Made by a program: the position numbers and the translations under genes. This document shows, piece after piece, positions 43,689 to 54,716 of a stretch of DNA of 64,000 bases. The stretch comes from Pelagomonas calceolata (lineage: Eukaryota). The stretch covers positions 3,720,001 through 3,784,000 of the forward strand of contig CAKKNE010000003.1 in NCBI GenBank assembly GCA_918797485.1, read 5' to 3'. Position 1 is the stretch's first letter; each line of letters starts with the position of its first letter. The notes under the pieces were generated by a model, which was not told where the DNA came from, ran no database searches, and was given only the letters and a program-made list of their open reading frames with translations.

Positions 43689-43856
43689 GTAAGATATAAG
43701 TATATACCGTGACTCAGAATTTTATCGGTGTGCACTTCGCGCGCCATCTCCGCGTCGAGCTTGATTTACGGGAGAGGGCTCCAGGGAGGTCGTTTCAGAG
43801 AGTGATTACGAGTGCGTGGATGCGCGATTGGACTGCGTTCGGGCAAAACGACCGAG

Positions 43857-43878
43857 CTAGCGGCCTGTAAGACACTAG
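43857..43878 (+). promoter_or_regulatory. CTAG-N14-CTAG element (consensus copy, no called start nearby)
   Basis: CTAGCGGCCTGTAAGACACTAG, identical to the 29744 copy. Confidence 0.6.
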
Positions 43879-44505
43879 CAAGCAAGCGCCGAGTCGTTTG
43901 TTTAGTTTACGCCGCGACAACTCACCCAAGCGGACTATCACGCGTGCGTATATCAAAAGAAGTCACACGACACCCGTCGCCGCGTTACGGGTTGCACCGC
44001 GCGACTTGCGTTACATTATCACAACAAACTGTTCTATGAGTTTGTCGCGCGGCTCGCACGGTTCTATGCGGGCCTTCGTCGCTTCATTCAGCACGCTTCG
44101 AACAATCTCGCACTGAGTACTCGCAAACACGGCAAACGCGCTGGATTCACCGGATCAAATACTTTATAGCCCACAGAGCCATTGATGCACTCACTCGATG
44201 AAGCCATCGCCTAAAACGCGCACCGGACGCGAGCTCGGATACGTAATGATAGTCGTAGCGACGCCTCTCTCGACGTATTCGCCGCGAAAATGGGCGCCCG
44301 ATGTGTGACGCGGGAACGCGGCGGCGGGCGCGGCGTCCACCGCATCTTTAGGCGAGCCCGACCCGGGCGTAGGCCTCGCGGCGCTTAATCTGCCGGTAGG
44401 CTCTCCCGAACTTCGCACGAAAATCGCGGCACGGTTTTAACAGACATTCCCCCCTCGCGGCGTCGGCCCCGGAGACTACTGAGTCTTACTAAAGTAGTTA
44501 CACAA

Positions 44506-46913
44506 CTACAGGCACGCCTGCTCGAGCTCCTTGGCCTTCGTAGTGGCGCGCGACGCGGACCGCGTCGCGATCTTGAAGCGCGGCGCGCCGTAGTAGCGCT
44601 TGACCTCCTCCTTCATCGTCGTCGAGCCTTCGTACATCCAGCGTAAATGCGCCGTCATGGGGCGCAGGACGAGCGCCTCGAGAGGCAGCTCGATCTTGTT
44701 CCACATCCCGTCGATGGTCCAGAGCCCCCCGAGCGCGGCGAACTGGGCGTCGGTCAGGCCGACCGCCTCGGGAATCCCGTACTCTCGGCAGAGAAGGTCC
44801 CGACCGAGCGCGCCGTCGTCGTTGACCCAGACGCACTCGTTGATGAACTCCAGACGGTCTTCTATCGGCCGGTCGAACGAAGCCAAGTGGATGCGGCGGA
44901 GCCGCGCGTCGGGGTTGCACATGCCGACGCACTGCTCCCGAGAAGCCGGATAAGATAAGACGTAGCTATGGGCGTCGGCGATGCCCTGCCCTAATAAAGT
45001 GATCCGGTGGAGCATCTCCTCGTCCTTCAACGTAGGCGCGAGCGCGACCTGCGGCTTGCGCTTGCTGGCGTCGAGGCCGGCACGATACTTGTCTTGCTGG
45101 GGATCGACGCGCGACAGTCGCGGCGTTAGCGACGCGGCGCCGGCCATGGACGCAGCGCCGCCGTTCGCGCCGGACCGCCCGCGCTTGGCCGACCGCGCGG
45201 GCGGCGGCACCGCCGCCGGAGCGTCGTCGACGGCCCTATCGTCGCTCGGCGCGGCGGCCGTCGCTAGGTCGCGGATCCTCTGGGCGGCCAACTCCCGCGC
45301 CGCGTCGCCGGACACCTTCGCCGCGTCCAGGAACGCTTCGATGTGGCGCGCGTTGTTTCGGAGCTCGGCGACCTGATGCACGGACGTCAGGCCCTGCTCC
45401 GCCAGCCACTCGTTCGCGGCCACGGCGTCCGCCGTACGGAGCTGGTCCAGAACTTCGGCGACGCCCGGCTTAACGCTAAGCGCGACGCCGTCCGCGCCCT
45501 TGCGGCGCTTCGACGACGGCTCCGACGACGGCTCCGGCGCGGCCGCGTCGTCGTCGTCGCCGAAGCCGAAGGCCGAGGGCGCGTCGTCGGCGTCATCGGC
45601 GCGCGCTTCTTCCGCGGGCACGCACGTGTCGCCGGCCGCATGTCGCTTCGACGGCGGCGGCGCGTCGTCGACGTCGTCGCCGCCGTCGGCGGCGCCTTTG
45701 GACGCGCCGCGCCGCTTCAGCCGCGCGGCGCGCAGCGACGCCGCGTCCCCGACCGCCGGCGGCGTCGCCGTGCCCGCGTGGGCCGCCACGAAGTCCTCCT
45801 GCCGGTAGGGCAGCTCGTCGAGCGACTCGGCGAGGGGCAGCACCTCGAGGTTCGCCGCGTTTTGCGCGCGGCGCACCGCGAGGGGCAGGTTCGCGTAGAC
45901 GAACGCGCGCGCCTCGCACAGGCCGTCGGCCGTGTCGGGGAAGTCCTCGTGCGTCAACGCACCCCTCGGCCCGTACCGCACGCGGAGCTTCGTCACGCCG
46001 CGGACCTCCACGCGCTGAATGCCCGCCTCGATGTTCGTCGACGCGCGGCCATTCTTCTGCGCGACGGCGCCGCCCGACGCCTTGCGCGCCGCGATGTCTT
46101 CCCGCACCTTCTTCGGCCTGCGTGGGGAAGAGTCGTCGAGCAGACGTCGTCGGCGAAGCGGAACGCGACGTCTCTCGGAGAAGGCGCGTCGAGCTTCGGT
46201 TTCTGCGCCGATGATCGCAGCTTGCTGACCTGCTTCTTGAACTTCTTGAGCAGGCCCAGCGCCGACTGCGACTCCTCAAAAGCTAACAGCGTCGCGCCCG
46301 CTTCTCCGTACTTCTCGACGGAGAAGCCGATCGAACCGCGCGCCGTTGTGAGGCCCGAGTCCGCCGGGTAGTGCACGTGCTTCTTCTGGCACGACCAGGC
46401 CGTGATCGCTTTGCCCTCGCCGTCCCTTTCCACAACCACGAGCTGGGCCTTCGTCGCCTTCGCGAGGTTCGTGACTCCGTCCCACCACGGCTTTTCCTTC
46501 TTGGAGCGGTCCTTCTCGGCGCACTGGGCTGTGACGTAGTGGCCCAAAGCAGCGCCGACGTTCTTGCCGCGGTGCCACCTCAGAAAGCCGGTCTTATCGA
46601 AGACGTGATTGGCGAGCTCCGTGCTATTCGTGATGCCGGCGTTCTTCCGCCCGTCCTCGATGGCCGCGTCGACCACGGCCTTGCGCGGCGCCATCTTCTT
46701 CTCGTCAACCTTCCCGTGCTTGTTCCTCCACAAGAACGCCTTTCCCTTGAATTCGTCCAGCTTCAGCGGCTCGTCCGACTTGGCGCGGCGCGCGCGCGCG
46801 CTCTTCGCCTTCAGCGGCGCTAGCTGCTCCTCGCTGAAGTGTCTTGAAAGCCCCGGCGCGGCGCCCTTCTTGGCCGTCGTGGCCTTGCGGCCCGTCGGTT
46901 TCGAGCGTCCCAT
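44506..46913 (-). CDS. Orphan basic protein with AP2-like DNA-binding segments and a C-terminal GIY-YIG-like domain, 2 exons
   Basis: Two overlapping ORFs joined by an intron (acceptor 46118, probable GC donor 46185; 2340 nt); FSVEKYGEAGATLLA; HSYVLSYPASREQCVGMCNPDARLRRIH. Confidence 0.65.
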
Positions 46914-47173
46914 CGCTAATCGCTGGGCGTGGTCCGCTTCTTGCGTGGGAGCAGTGGCTGTACGTGTGAGTCCTCTAACGTGGCCGCGGCGGCGCTAGGA
47001 GGCCAGGAGCTGTGGCGGTTGTTGTGTCGGCGCGCGCGCGAGAGCCGTTTTTTTCGGGTCTCAGTGAGAAAACGCGGCAGCGCTGCGGCAGTGACCAGCG
47101 CAGCGTGTGTATTTCACGCTCTACTTGCGTGAATACGGACGCCAAGTCGATGCAGCAGCAAAACGACTTTTTG

Positions 47174-47195
47174 CTAGCGACCTGTAAGACACTAG
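47174..47195 (+). promoter_or_regulatory. CTAG-N14-CTAG promoter-associated element
   Basis: CTAGCGACCTGTAAGACACTAG, 260 bp upstream of the 46913 start. Confidence 0.7.
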
Positions 47196-47364
47196 AAAGT
47201 TCACACGAGCCTTCCGGGCCGTCTCCGGCCACGAACGTGACGCGTGTTCGTCGCGGGGACGGCTAAGACCATCGCCGCCCGGAGTGAAATCGATTCAGAT
47301 CGGCACGCGAGACTCGCCGAGAGGCGGTGGGTATACTTCTGGGTCTAACTTACATACAGTGAAG

Positions 47365-48830
47365 TTAAACATCTACAAGGGGCACCAAACGCACGTTCTG
47401 GTGGTACACCATAACTGCGTCCACGAATTCCACAGCGGCGCCGACCGACGGCTCCTCGTTCACGACCGCGTGGCCCCAGCCGCCGGGGACGTATAAGATA
47501 TCGCCCGCCCTTTGCTCGCAAACCACGGCATCCCGGGGGTGGCCCAGCCAGTGCCGCGGCGCTTGGACCGAGTACGTCGCCGTCGGCGGCGGCCGCAGGT
47601 ACCACGTCTTTCGACCAAATCCGAGAGCGTTCACGGCCTGCTCGTGGTAGTGCCACGGCCTGCGTGAATCAACCAGTGAGTCGTCGCGAGACGTTCAGGT
47701 CGATGCGATGATTTCCGCGCAGGCTCATGCGCGCCGGCACCCGCGGGCCCGGCGTAGACCTGGGCGTTCCTGCCGTGTTCGCGCTCGTGAAGCCGTCGAG
47801 GGAATCCGTCGAGCAGCTCATCCAATTCAAGTGACGGCCGCACGAGCGCCTCGACACGACGGCGCACGTCTCCCATCGAAAAGAGCGCGTCGGCGGCGGC
47901 GCCCGCGTCGAAGACGTACATGCCGCCGGGATCGCGCGCGAAGTCGCCGAGAGTCGTCGTATTGGGTGGCGCGAGGCCGAAGCTGTCACCGTGTGGTATG
48001 TCCTGCGGTGCCACCGGGACGTCGTCGCGGCGTTCCAGGGCAGACCAGTTCCATCCCGTCCAGTTCCAGCCCGCCGCCGCGCCGCGCAGAAGCACCGGCG
48101 CGCCCACCAAAGCATAGCGCTCCAGCGCGGTCGCCGCATCCGCGTCCGTGCCGGGAAAAACCTCGGAGCAGTTAGGCGCGACCGCGACGTAGTCCCGCGC
48201 TTTGCCGCCAAGTGCGTCGGGTGTACGAGCGGCGCCGCGGACGCCCGCCCGGCGCGCGGCCTTGAGCAACACGGCGTAGGCGTCCGCGTGACCGCGCGCC
48301 GCGGCGACGTGCAAAGGCGACCGTCGCAGGCCGTCGCGCGCCGGCCGGAGCCCTTCTGGCGCCATCGCCGCGAGCACCGCGCAAGCGTTCGGCAGTCCCA
48401 GCCACGCCACATATGGCAACGCCGCCGCCGCGGCCCCGGCATCGTGGAGTCCCCGCGCGTGCGCCACGACGTAGTCGTCGACGGCGCGTCGCGCCTCGCC
48501 GGCGCGCGCGTCGCCACCCAAGGACCTCCGTCGCCGCCGCCAGAGCGCGCGGAACGCCGGAGACCGTCTCTTCGCCGCTCGCACGTCGAGCGCGCCGTTT
48601 AGGGACCGCCGCGCGTCGCCCACCGTCCCGCGCGGGAATTTGTCGACCTGCAGCCGCGTCGTCGCCAGCAAGAGCGGCTGCGGCGTTTCGAGCAGCATCG
48701 CGACGAATGCTGCTGGTGTCGATGCTGGTGCCGTGTTTTGTCGACGGCGTGCGGCCCGGCCTAGGACAATGCCGAGCAGCACTACTGCTGCGTGCACGAG
48801 CAGCTTATTGTTCCGGCATTGCTGCGGCAT
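47365..48830 (-). CDS. Membrane-anchored ankyrin + JmjC (cupin) domain protein, 2 exons
   Basis: Exons 48830-47731, 47659-47365; SPLHVAAARGH; splicing restores GPAGAGAPWHYHEQAVNALGFGRKTWYL; QRAGDILYVPGGWGHAVVN. Confidence 0.87.
47660..47722. mobile_element. Introner element (63 bp, diverged)
   Basis: CTGCGTGAATCAACCAGTGAGT...GATTTCCGCGCAG; GC donor 8 bp outside the TIR (47730). Confidence 0.8.
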
Positions 48831-48927
48831 CAGTGGTCATATGCAGCATGCAGCATAATTGTGGCATAAGCGTGAAAAATGCGCCTATACGACGCCTTAT
48901 TTAAGTGTCAAGCCTGCTGCCTGGTTT

Positions 48928-48947
48928 CTAGTGTCTTACAACGCTAG
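48928..48947 (-). promoter_or_regulatory. CTAG-N12-CTAG promoter-associated element
   Basis: Reverse complement CTAGCGTTGTAAGACACTAG, ~100 bp upstream of the 48830 start. Confidence 0.65.
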
Positions 48948-49522
48948 CCGCAGTAAAACATTTGATTCCTCAGAAGCCTCCGCTAGTTTCGTGGCACGTC
49001 GGCAGAGCCTCTGACGCCAAACCCAATCTCGCCATTCAGCTGAAGCGGCAGCATAAGCGTGAGAGTCGACCTGGCATTGTCGCGGCCCAAAACCGCAGTC
49101 GGACTCAGGGTTTGCGGTGAGGGCTGTTGAGTAGTCCAGACGTCGGCTCTAGCTTAAATCTAAGGGCTTGCCGAGGACTCGCCCGCCTCGGGCGATTGAA
49201 TCCTGGCCATTTAAAGTTGTCGAAGGCCGACGAAAAGCGGTTGGCGGCGACGACGAAGTGCGCCAAGAACGACGACGCCTATTCCTTATTGCGGAGTGGC
49301 ATCTTGGAGACGGTGTGGGCCTAGCGAGCGCGGGGCTTCTTTTGTGGATCCGGTCCTTTCCCCTCCTCCCCCTGAATCTACATAGCCCCTCCCCGCTTGA
49401 CTAATAGTGTTTCTAGAATCTCTGCGGGCTGAATGAATGAAGGACGGGGTATTGCGCACGGGTTTCCCCTTTTTGCCATGAGATACCGTCCCCGGGCCTC
49501 GGCTTCCAGGGCTCCCGAGTAG

Positions 49523-50252
49523 GACGCCGCGTTCGTGAGCACGGTCGGGCGAGGTGGCAACATCGACATTCGCGGATTTTTCACGCCTACGGGCATCCAG
49601 AGCGACTCGTGGGTCGAGGTGACGCACTGCCCCGTCGGCGCCGAGAGGGAAAACCTGTGGTTTTATCGCATGCCGGGCAGCGGCCTTAGCATCTTCACCG
49701 GTGTCACTCAGACGTTCGCGCGCCGGGGCCGGGACAACCTGCCGCCGAACCTGGACACCGCGCACTGGCTCAGCGCCCCGGGGCCCGGCCAGGAGCTCGT
49801 GCGGCTCAATACGGGGAAACTCGGCGGCCTCGGCGTTCGCGGAAGGCGAATCAGCGGCCCCCTGTGTGGAAATCAACCAGTGAGTTAGGTTCCGAAAACT
49901 CCACGCCCTCGAGCAGACGCGGCTACTGAGACAACATCGCGTCGACGGCATGGGGCGCCCGAAATTTGATTTCCACACAGGCGGCCGCGACCTCGTGGCC
50001 ATGGGACACATGAAATGCGGCCAACCTCCCGACGTGAGAGACTGCCGGCCCGACGACGTCGCCGCGCGGCTCCACACGGAGTGCGCCGGCTGGAACGAAA
50101 AGGACCCCCTCAAGCGCTTCACCGACGAGAATCGCGTGCCCGTGCTCAACGAGGTTATTGATAGAGGCGTCCACATCTGCACCAAAAAAGGGAGCGACGA
50201 GATCATCCGCGCGGCGGCGCGGCGCCGGCGCCTATTAGGACTAGTACACTAG
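49523..50252 (+). CDS. Hypothetical protein; 5' end unresolved (further exon or pseudogene)
   Basis: Two ORFs joined in frame by GC-AG intron 49854-49980 (..RRISGRDLVAMGH..); in-frame stop at 49520 and no upstream ATG in frame. Confidence 0.5.
49862..49980. mobile_element. Introner element with 8-bp TSD
   Basis: CTGTGTGGAAATCAA...TTGATTTCCACACAG; flanks GCGGCCCC/GCGGCCGC. Confidence 0.92.
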
Positions 50253-51388
50253 GTAACCTTACGGAACACGAAGTACGCCGTCGTGCCCTGCATCACCCTC
50301 ACGCTATCGTCAATATACTCGACGGCCAGGGCGTTCATGACGCGCATGCTCTTCCAGCCCCGTTCTACTCGTTTCCCGTCGACCGTGACCGGACCGTACG
50401 TCACCTTGCGCGGCAGGCAGTCGACGTAGACACGTTGGCACCGCTGCAGCGCGTCGAAGCGCCGGTTCAGGCCCCAATCTGAAGCGACAGTAACATCTAA
50501 TTCGTCGACCCCAATTTGTGGTGCTATTTTTTCCACATAAACAACGGCGTCCACAGAATCGGAAATAGTCTGTGTGAGCGAGACGAAGTCGGCGCCGCCC
50601 GGTAAGGTACCGGCAACTCCCGTAAATCCTTTGTTGAAGGCGAAGGAGGGCGAGGACGTGAACGCGAGCTCCCAGGTCCCCGTGAGCAGATCGACGAGCT
50701 CCAAATCACCACGCTGCGCCTCGTCCCGGATTGCGGCCACATCTTTACATAAAGCCGTGAGTTGGTCATACGTGGGCGCCTCGGGGTCGTCCGGATCCGG
50801 GTAGGCGCAGGTCGCCGGGAGCGCTCTCAGCAACGCGGCGACGGGCGTTTTGGCTTGCTTTTGTGCTGGTTGTGCTGGTGGTGCTGTTCGAGGCGCGGCC
50901 GGCGCGTCGAAGCGCGGGTCCGAGAGCGTCTCGACGCGCGCGGGCGCGGGCGCGGCGGCCGGTGCGGCGGGCGGCGCGGCTTGCGGTGCTGGCGCAGGCG
51001 CCGGGGCTGCGACAGCGGCCGGCGCCGGCGCCGCAGCGGCCGGCGCCGCGACGACCTCCTCGTCCTCGTCTTCAAAAAGATCGCCCACGGCCTCGCAGAG
51101 CGCGACGAAGCCCGCCCGGTCCCGCGCGCCCGGACCCCACATCTGCCGCAGCTCGTCGTCGCCCAGGTCTCCGTCCGCGATGAGCTCGGCCAAGAGCGGC
51201 GCCGCCGCGGCCGCGTCCACCACAACGACCGGCTGGCCCTGCGCCAAGCGGTCGAACTCGGCCTCGAGGACGTCGCGCGGCGCCAGGCGCCGCCTGAGCG
51301 AGCTGCGTCCACCATGGCTCGCGCGTAGCGTGGGCACCAGCGCTGCCGCGAGCGGCAGCAGCGCTGCGAGAATGAATCCCACGCGCAT
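50249..51388 (-). CDS. Plastid lipid-associated (PAP/fibrillin-like) protein
   Basis: Signal peptide; LLTGTWELAFTSS; VEYIDDSVRVMQG...FVFRK. Confidence 0.8.
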   Translation of the reverse strand: MRVGFILAALLPLAAALVPTLRASHGGRSSLRRRLAPRDVLEAEFDRLAQGQPVVVVDAAAAAPLLAELIADGDLGDDELRQMWGPGARDRAGFVALCEAVGDLFEDEDEEVVAAPAAAAPAPAAVAAPAPAPAPQAAPPAAPAAAPAPARVETLSDPRFDAPAAPRTAPPAQPAQKQAKTPVAALLRALPATCAYPDPDDPEAPTYDQLTALCKDVAAIRDEAQRGDLELVDLLTGTWELAFTSSPSFAFNKGFTGVAGTLPGGADFVSLTQTISDSVDAVVYVEKIAPQIGVDELDVTVASDWGLNRRFDALQRCQRVYVDCLPRKVTYGPVTVDGKRVERGWKSMRVMNALAVEYIDDSVRVMQGTTAYFVFRKVT

Positions 51389-51633
51389 TTTCGGCGCGTT
51401 TGGTGCAGCGCAAGGGTGGATATGGCCACCCAACACGCGAGAGAGGATGCCAGCCTCTCCCAAGCTGGCCACTTGCAGTCGTGTGCACCCGTCGAGACGA
51501 AGTGCGCCGTTTGATCGGCGTGGCAGTCGTGATCAGCGTGATCAGTGCATAACAACCGTCGCGCGTGCAAACGACGTCGCAGCGCTCCGGCACACGCAGC
51601 AAGTGCAGTGTGCCAGAGTCAGCACGCGGTCGC

Positions 51634-53067
51634 ATGAGGCGCCGCGGCGCACTGATGCTGATGATCGCCGCGGCGCGCGCCTGGCGCCCCGCCGTGCGGC
51701 ATGCAAGCCGCCTGCGGCCGCTGAGTGCGAGGCCGTCGGCGGCCGGCGTCGCGCTCGAGCTGCGGTCGCTCAAGGACAACGCTGATGTTGTGAAAGCGCA
51801 CGTTGCAGCGCGGGGCGGCTCCGACGACGCTATTGAATCCGTCGACGCCATCGTCGAGCTCAATACGAAGCGAGCATCATTACAAAAGGACCGCGACGCG
51901 GCACTCGCGACGCGTAAGAAGCTCTCCGGCACCATCGGTAAAGCGATCAAGAACGGCGAGGACGTCGACGCCTTGAAGGCTCAAGTGGCCGAGGCCGGCG
52001 CGACGGCCGACGCCGCGTCCGAGCAGATGGATTCGATCGAGACCGAAGCTTTGACTTTACTGGAAGCATTGCCGAACGTGTTGAGCGATGTGACGCCCGA
52101 CGGCCGCGACGAGAGCGACAACGTCGTGTTAAGGGAGTGGGGCACCGACCAGAGGAAGGTCGGCGACGACTACCAGTGGCACGACGAGCTCGCGGAAGGT
52201 CTTAGTGGGTACGATCCGGAAGCCGCTTCTCGAGTCGCTGGCGCGCGGTTCGCGGTCCTCAAGGGCGGCGTGGCTCGCTTAGAACGGGCCCTGGCGAACT
52301 TCTTCCTCGATGCTCATGCAGCAAATGGCTACGAGGAGGTGTCCTCACCGTTACTCGTCTCTAGATCTGCATTACGAGGCACGGGGCAATTACCAAAATT
52401 TGAAGATGATCTATTCCGGGTGGCGAACCACGGCGTGCGGGGCGAGGACGCGTTTCTCATTCCCACTTCAGAGGTACCCTTAACGAACTTCTGGCGCGGC
52501 GAGACGCTCCAGGAAAAAGATCTGCCAATAAGGATGGTGGCGCACACGCCCTGCTTCCGGGCCGAGGCCGGGTCGTATGGGAGAGATACGCGCGGTTTAA
52601 TAAGACAGCATCAATTTGGCAAGGTCGAGCTCGTGAAGATCGTAGCTCCGGAACACGCGGACGCCGAGGCCGACGCGTTGTTGGGGGATGCGGAGGCGTT
52701 GCTGCAGGCGTTGGAGTTGCCTTACAGAGCCGTGCAGCTGTGCGCCGGGGACGTCGGGTTCAGTGCCCAGAGGTGTGTCGATTTGGAAGTGTGGCTACCT
52801 GGCCAACAAGAGTACCGCGAGGTGTCGTCCTGTAGTCTCATGGGCGACTTCCAAGCGAGGCGGATGAACCTGCGCTACAAGCCGGCACCGTCTCCGGAGG
52901 ACAAAAAACCTAGACCCCGCTTCCCCTGCACGATGAACGGCTCCGGGCTGGCCGTGGGTCGGGCTTTAGTTGCTGTTTTGGAGAACCACCAGAACGCCGA
53001 CGGGAGCGTCAACGTGCCGTCAGTACTGCGGCCGTACCTGCAGGGTCTGGAGGTGCTCGGGAAGTAA
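51634..53067 (+). CDS. serS: Seryl-tRNA synthetase, organellar (bacterial type)
   Basis: LPN, GTGQLPKFEDDLF, LIPTSEVPL, CFRAEAGSYGRDTRGLIRQHQFGKVE, REVSSCS, NGSGLAVGR; N-terminal targeting peptide. Confidence 0.96.
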   Translation: MRRRGALMLMIAAARAWRPAVRHASRLRPLSARPSAAGVALELRSLKDNADVVKAHVAARGGSDDAIESVDAIVELNTKRASLQKDRDAALATRKKLSGTIGKAIKNGEDVDALKAQVAEAGATADAASEQMDSIETEALTLLEALPNVLSDVTPDGRDESDNVVLREWGTDQRKVGDDYQWHDELAEGLSGYDPEAASRVAGARFAVLKGGVARLERALANFFLDAHAANGYEEVSSPLLVSRSALRGTGQLPKFEDDLFRVANHGVRGEDAFLIPTSEVPLTNFWRGETLQEKDLPIRMVAHTPCFRAEAGSYGRDTRGLIRQHQFGKVELVKIVAPEHADAEADALLGDAEALLQALELPYRAVQLCAGDVGFSAQRCVDLEVWLPGQQEYREVSSCSLMGDFQARRMNLRYKPAPSPEDKKPRPRFPCTMNGSGLAVGRALVAVLENHQNADGSVNVPSVLRPYLQGLEVLGK

Positions 53068-53166
53068 CAACTAATGTACCGCATGTCTATACACGGGCGG
53101 ATCGCGCGCGCTGAGCAATCCGACTCAGCTGTCTCGTCCGGCTGTAGCCTAATTCATACAAGTCAC

Positions 53167-54333
53167 TTAGACGTTGACCTTGACGGTCTGGTACGAGGCC
53201 CGGTCCTGCAGGAAGTGGGCCACCTCGACGGCGTCGCACGGGGACCCGTGATTGTAGGCGTCGGCGATGAGCTTGACGGTCGCGGGCGAGTCGAGGTCGA
53301 GGAGCCGGTGCGGGCCCTTCGTGTGCGCGTCGGAGAGGAGCTGCGTGGCGATGGGCTCGGGGACGTTCGCGATGGACGTCTTCGGCATGCTGTAGTAGAC
53401 CTCGAAGCAGCCGTCGTCGTCGTCGTCGAAGCCCCAGTAGCACTCGATCGCGGCGTACAGCTTCTTGGAGACGCCGTACTGCGCGCGCTTGATGTCGAGC
53501 TCGCGCCGGTCCGTGGGCAGCGCGAAGCCGAAGTGGAAGGCGAGGCAGGCGAGGAGCGCCTTGTGGAAGTCCGAGTCGAGGAACCGCCGCGGATCGGCGC
53601 GGCAGATCTCCTCCTGCGTCACCAGCGCGATCCACGCGAGGAGGAGGGGCCGCGACGCCTGGACCTGGCCCGTGAGCGCGTCGACCGCCGTCGCCATGCA
53701 GATGACGAGGAGCGGCTTCTTCGGGCCGCCCTTCGGGAACGCCTCCGGCATGATCGCGCGCCGCGAGACGATGATCTCGCGCTTCATGATCACGAGGAGG
53801 CGCTCGACGTCGAGGCGGCTCAGCGGCACCTGCAGCTGCCGCTCGAGGCGGTTGAGGAGGGCGAAGGCGCAGCGCGCCAGCAGCTGGAACGCGCCGAGGA
53901 TGCGCTGGCGCGTCGCCTCGTCGCAGCAGTCCTCGGCGTACAAGTAGACAAGGCACGCCTCGAGCACGCGGCCGCCCGACACGCGTTCGAGCTCCCGTCT
54001 CGCATCGACGACCGCGCGCGACTCGGCGACGTACGGCGCGTCCGTGCGGTACACGCGGTCCATGTGCCCCTGGGCGCCGCAGCTCAGTGCCGCTAAGCTC
54101 CGATTCCCGGCGCCGCCCGCCAGCGCGCCGCGTGCGCGCAACTCGACGAGGTAGGCGTTCGTCGCGATCAACAGGAGGTACTTCGCGGCGGCCTGGCCGA
54201 CGACGGCGGCGGTCAGCTTCGTCCGTTTGAGCACGGCTGCGACGCTCGGGCCCATGCGGTAGCGGGAGTCGCGGCACGGAAGCGACTGCGTCTGCTGATC
54301 CTGGATCAGCTGCCGCGTGCTGCGCGACGCCAT
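53167..54333 (-). CDS. Hypothetical protein (no recognised domain)
   Basis: 388-aa ORF with strong GC3 bias and globular composition. Confidence 0.75.
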   Translation of the reverse strand: MASRSTRQLIQDQQTQSLPCRDSRYRMGPSVAAVLKRTKLTAAVVGQAAAKYLLLIATNAYLVELRARGALAGGAGNRSLAALSCGAQGHMDRVYRTDAPYVAESRAVVDARRELERVSGGRVLEACLVYLYAEDCCDEATRQRILGAFQLLARCAFALLNRLERQLQVPLSRLDVERLLVIMKREIIVSRRAIMPEAFPKGGPKKPLLVICMATAVDALTGQVQASRPLLLAWIALVTQEEICRADPRRFLDSDFHKALLACLAFHFGFALPTDRRELDIKRAQYGVSKKLYAAIECYWGFDDDDDGCFEVYYSMPKTSIANVPEPIATQLLSDAHTKGPHRLLDLDSPATVKLIADAYNHGSPCDAVEVAHFLQDRASYQTVKVNV

Positions 54334-54716
54334 CGTTATAAGCGGTCTAGCTTTTTTGCGTGTGAGTGCTGGCAATACTTCTACACTTCTGTGCGCTGTG
54401 GCTGCAGCTGGTGCAGCGGCGCTGCGGCGCTAATTGCGGCTGGCTTTTGCACTCAAACTTCGGCTTCATTGCCAACGACAAACAAAATGGCCCGCAAGAC
54501 TGCGTTCACCGCTGAAGGGAGGCTTCAGCAGACGTCTGCAGCGGTGGTTCGACGCGTTCGTGGGCGACTTTCAAACGACGAACCAGTTTGTCCTGGTGCA
54601 GTGCGAAGCGTGAGATTGCGGCGCGCACGCGAAGGAACTGAGGCCAAGGGCTGGAGCACAGCGCGTACTCTCACATATCTGCAAGCCACAGCGCGCGCGC
54701 TGTCGAACGCAGCCGT

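Noticed and set aside
43857..47195. Two same-orientation CTAG elements as direct terminal repeats of a mobile element
   Set aside because: The element is common throughout the window, similarity barely extends beyond 22 bp, and no TSD was seen
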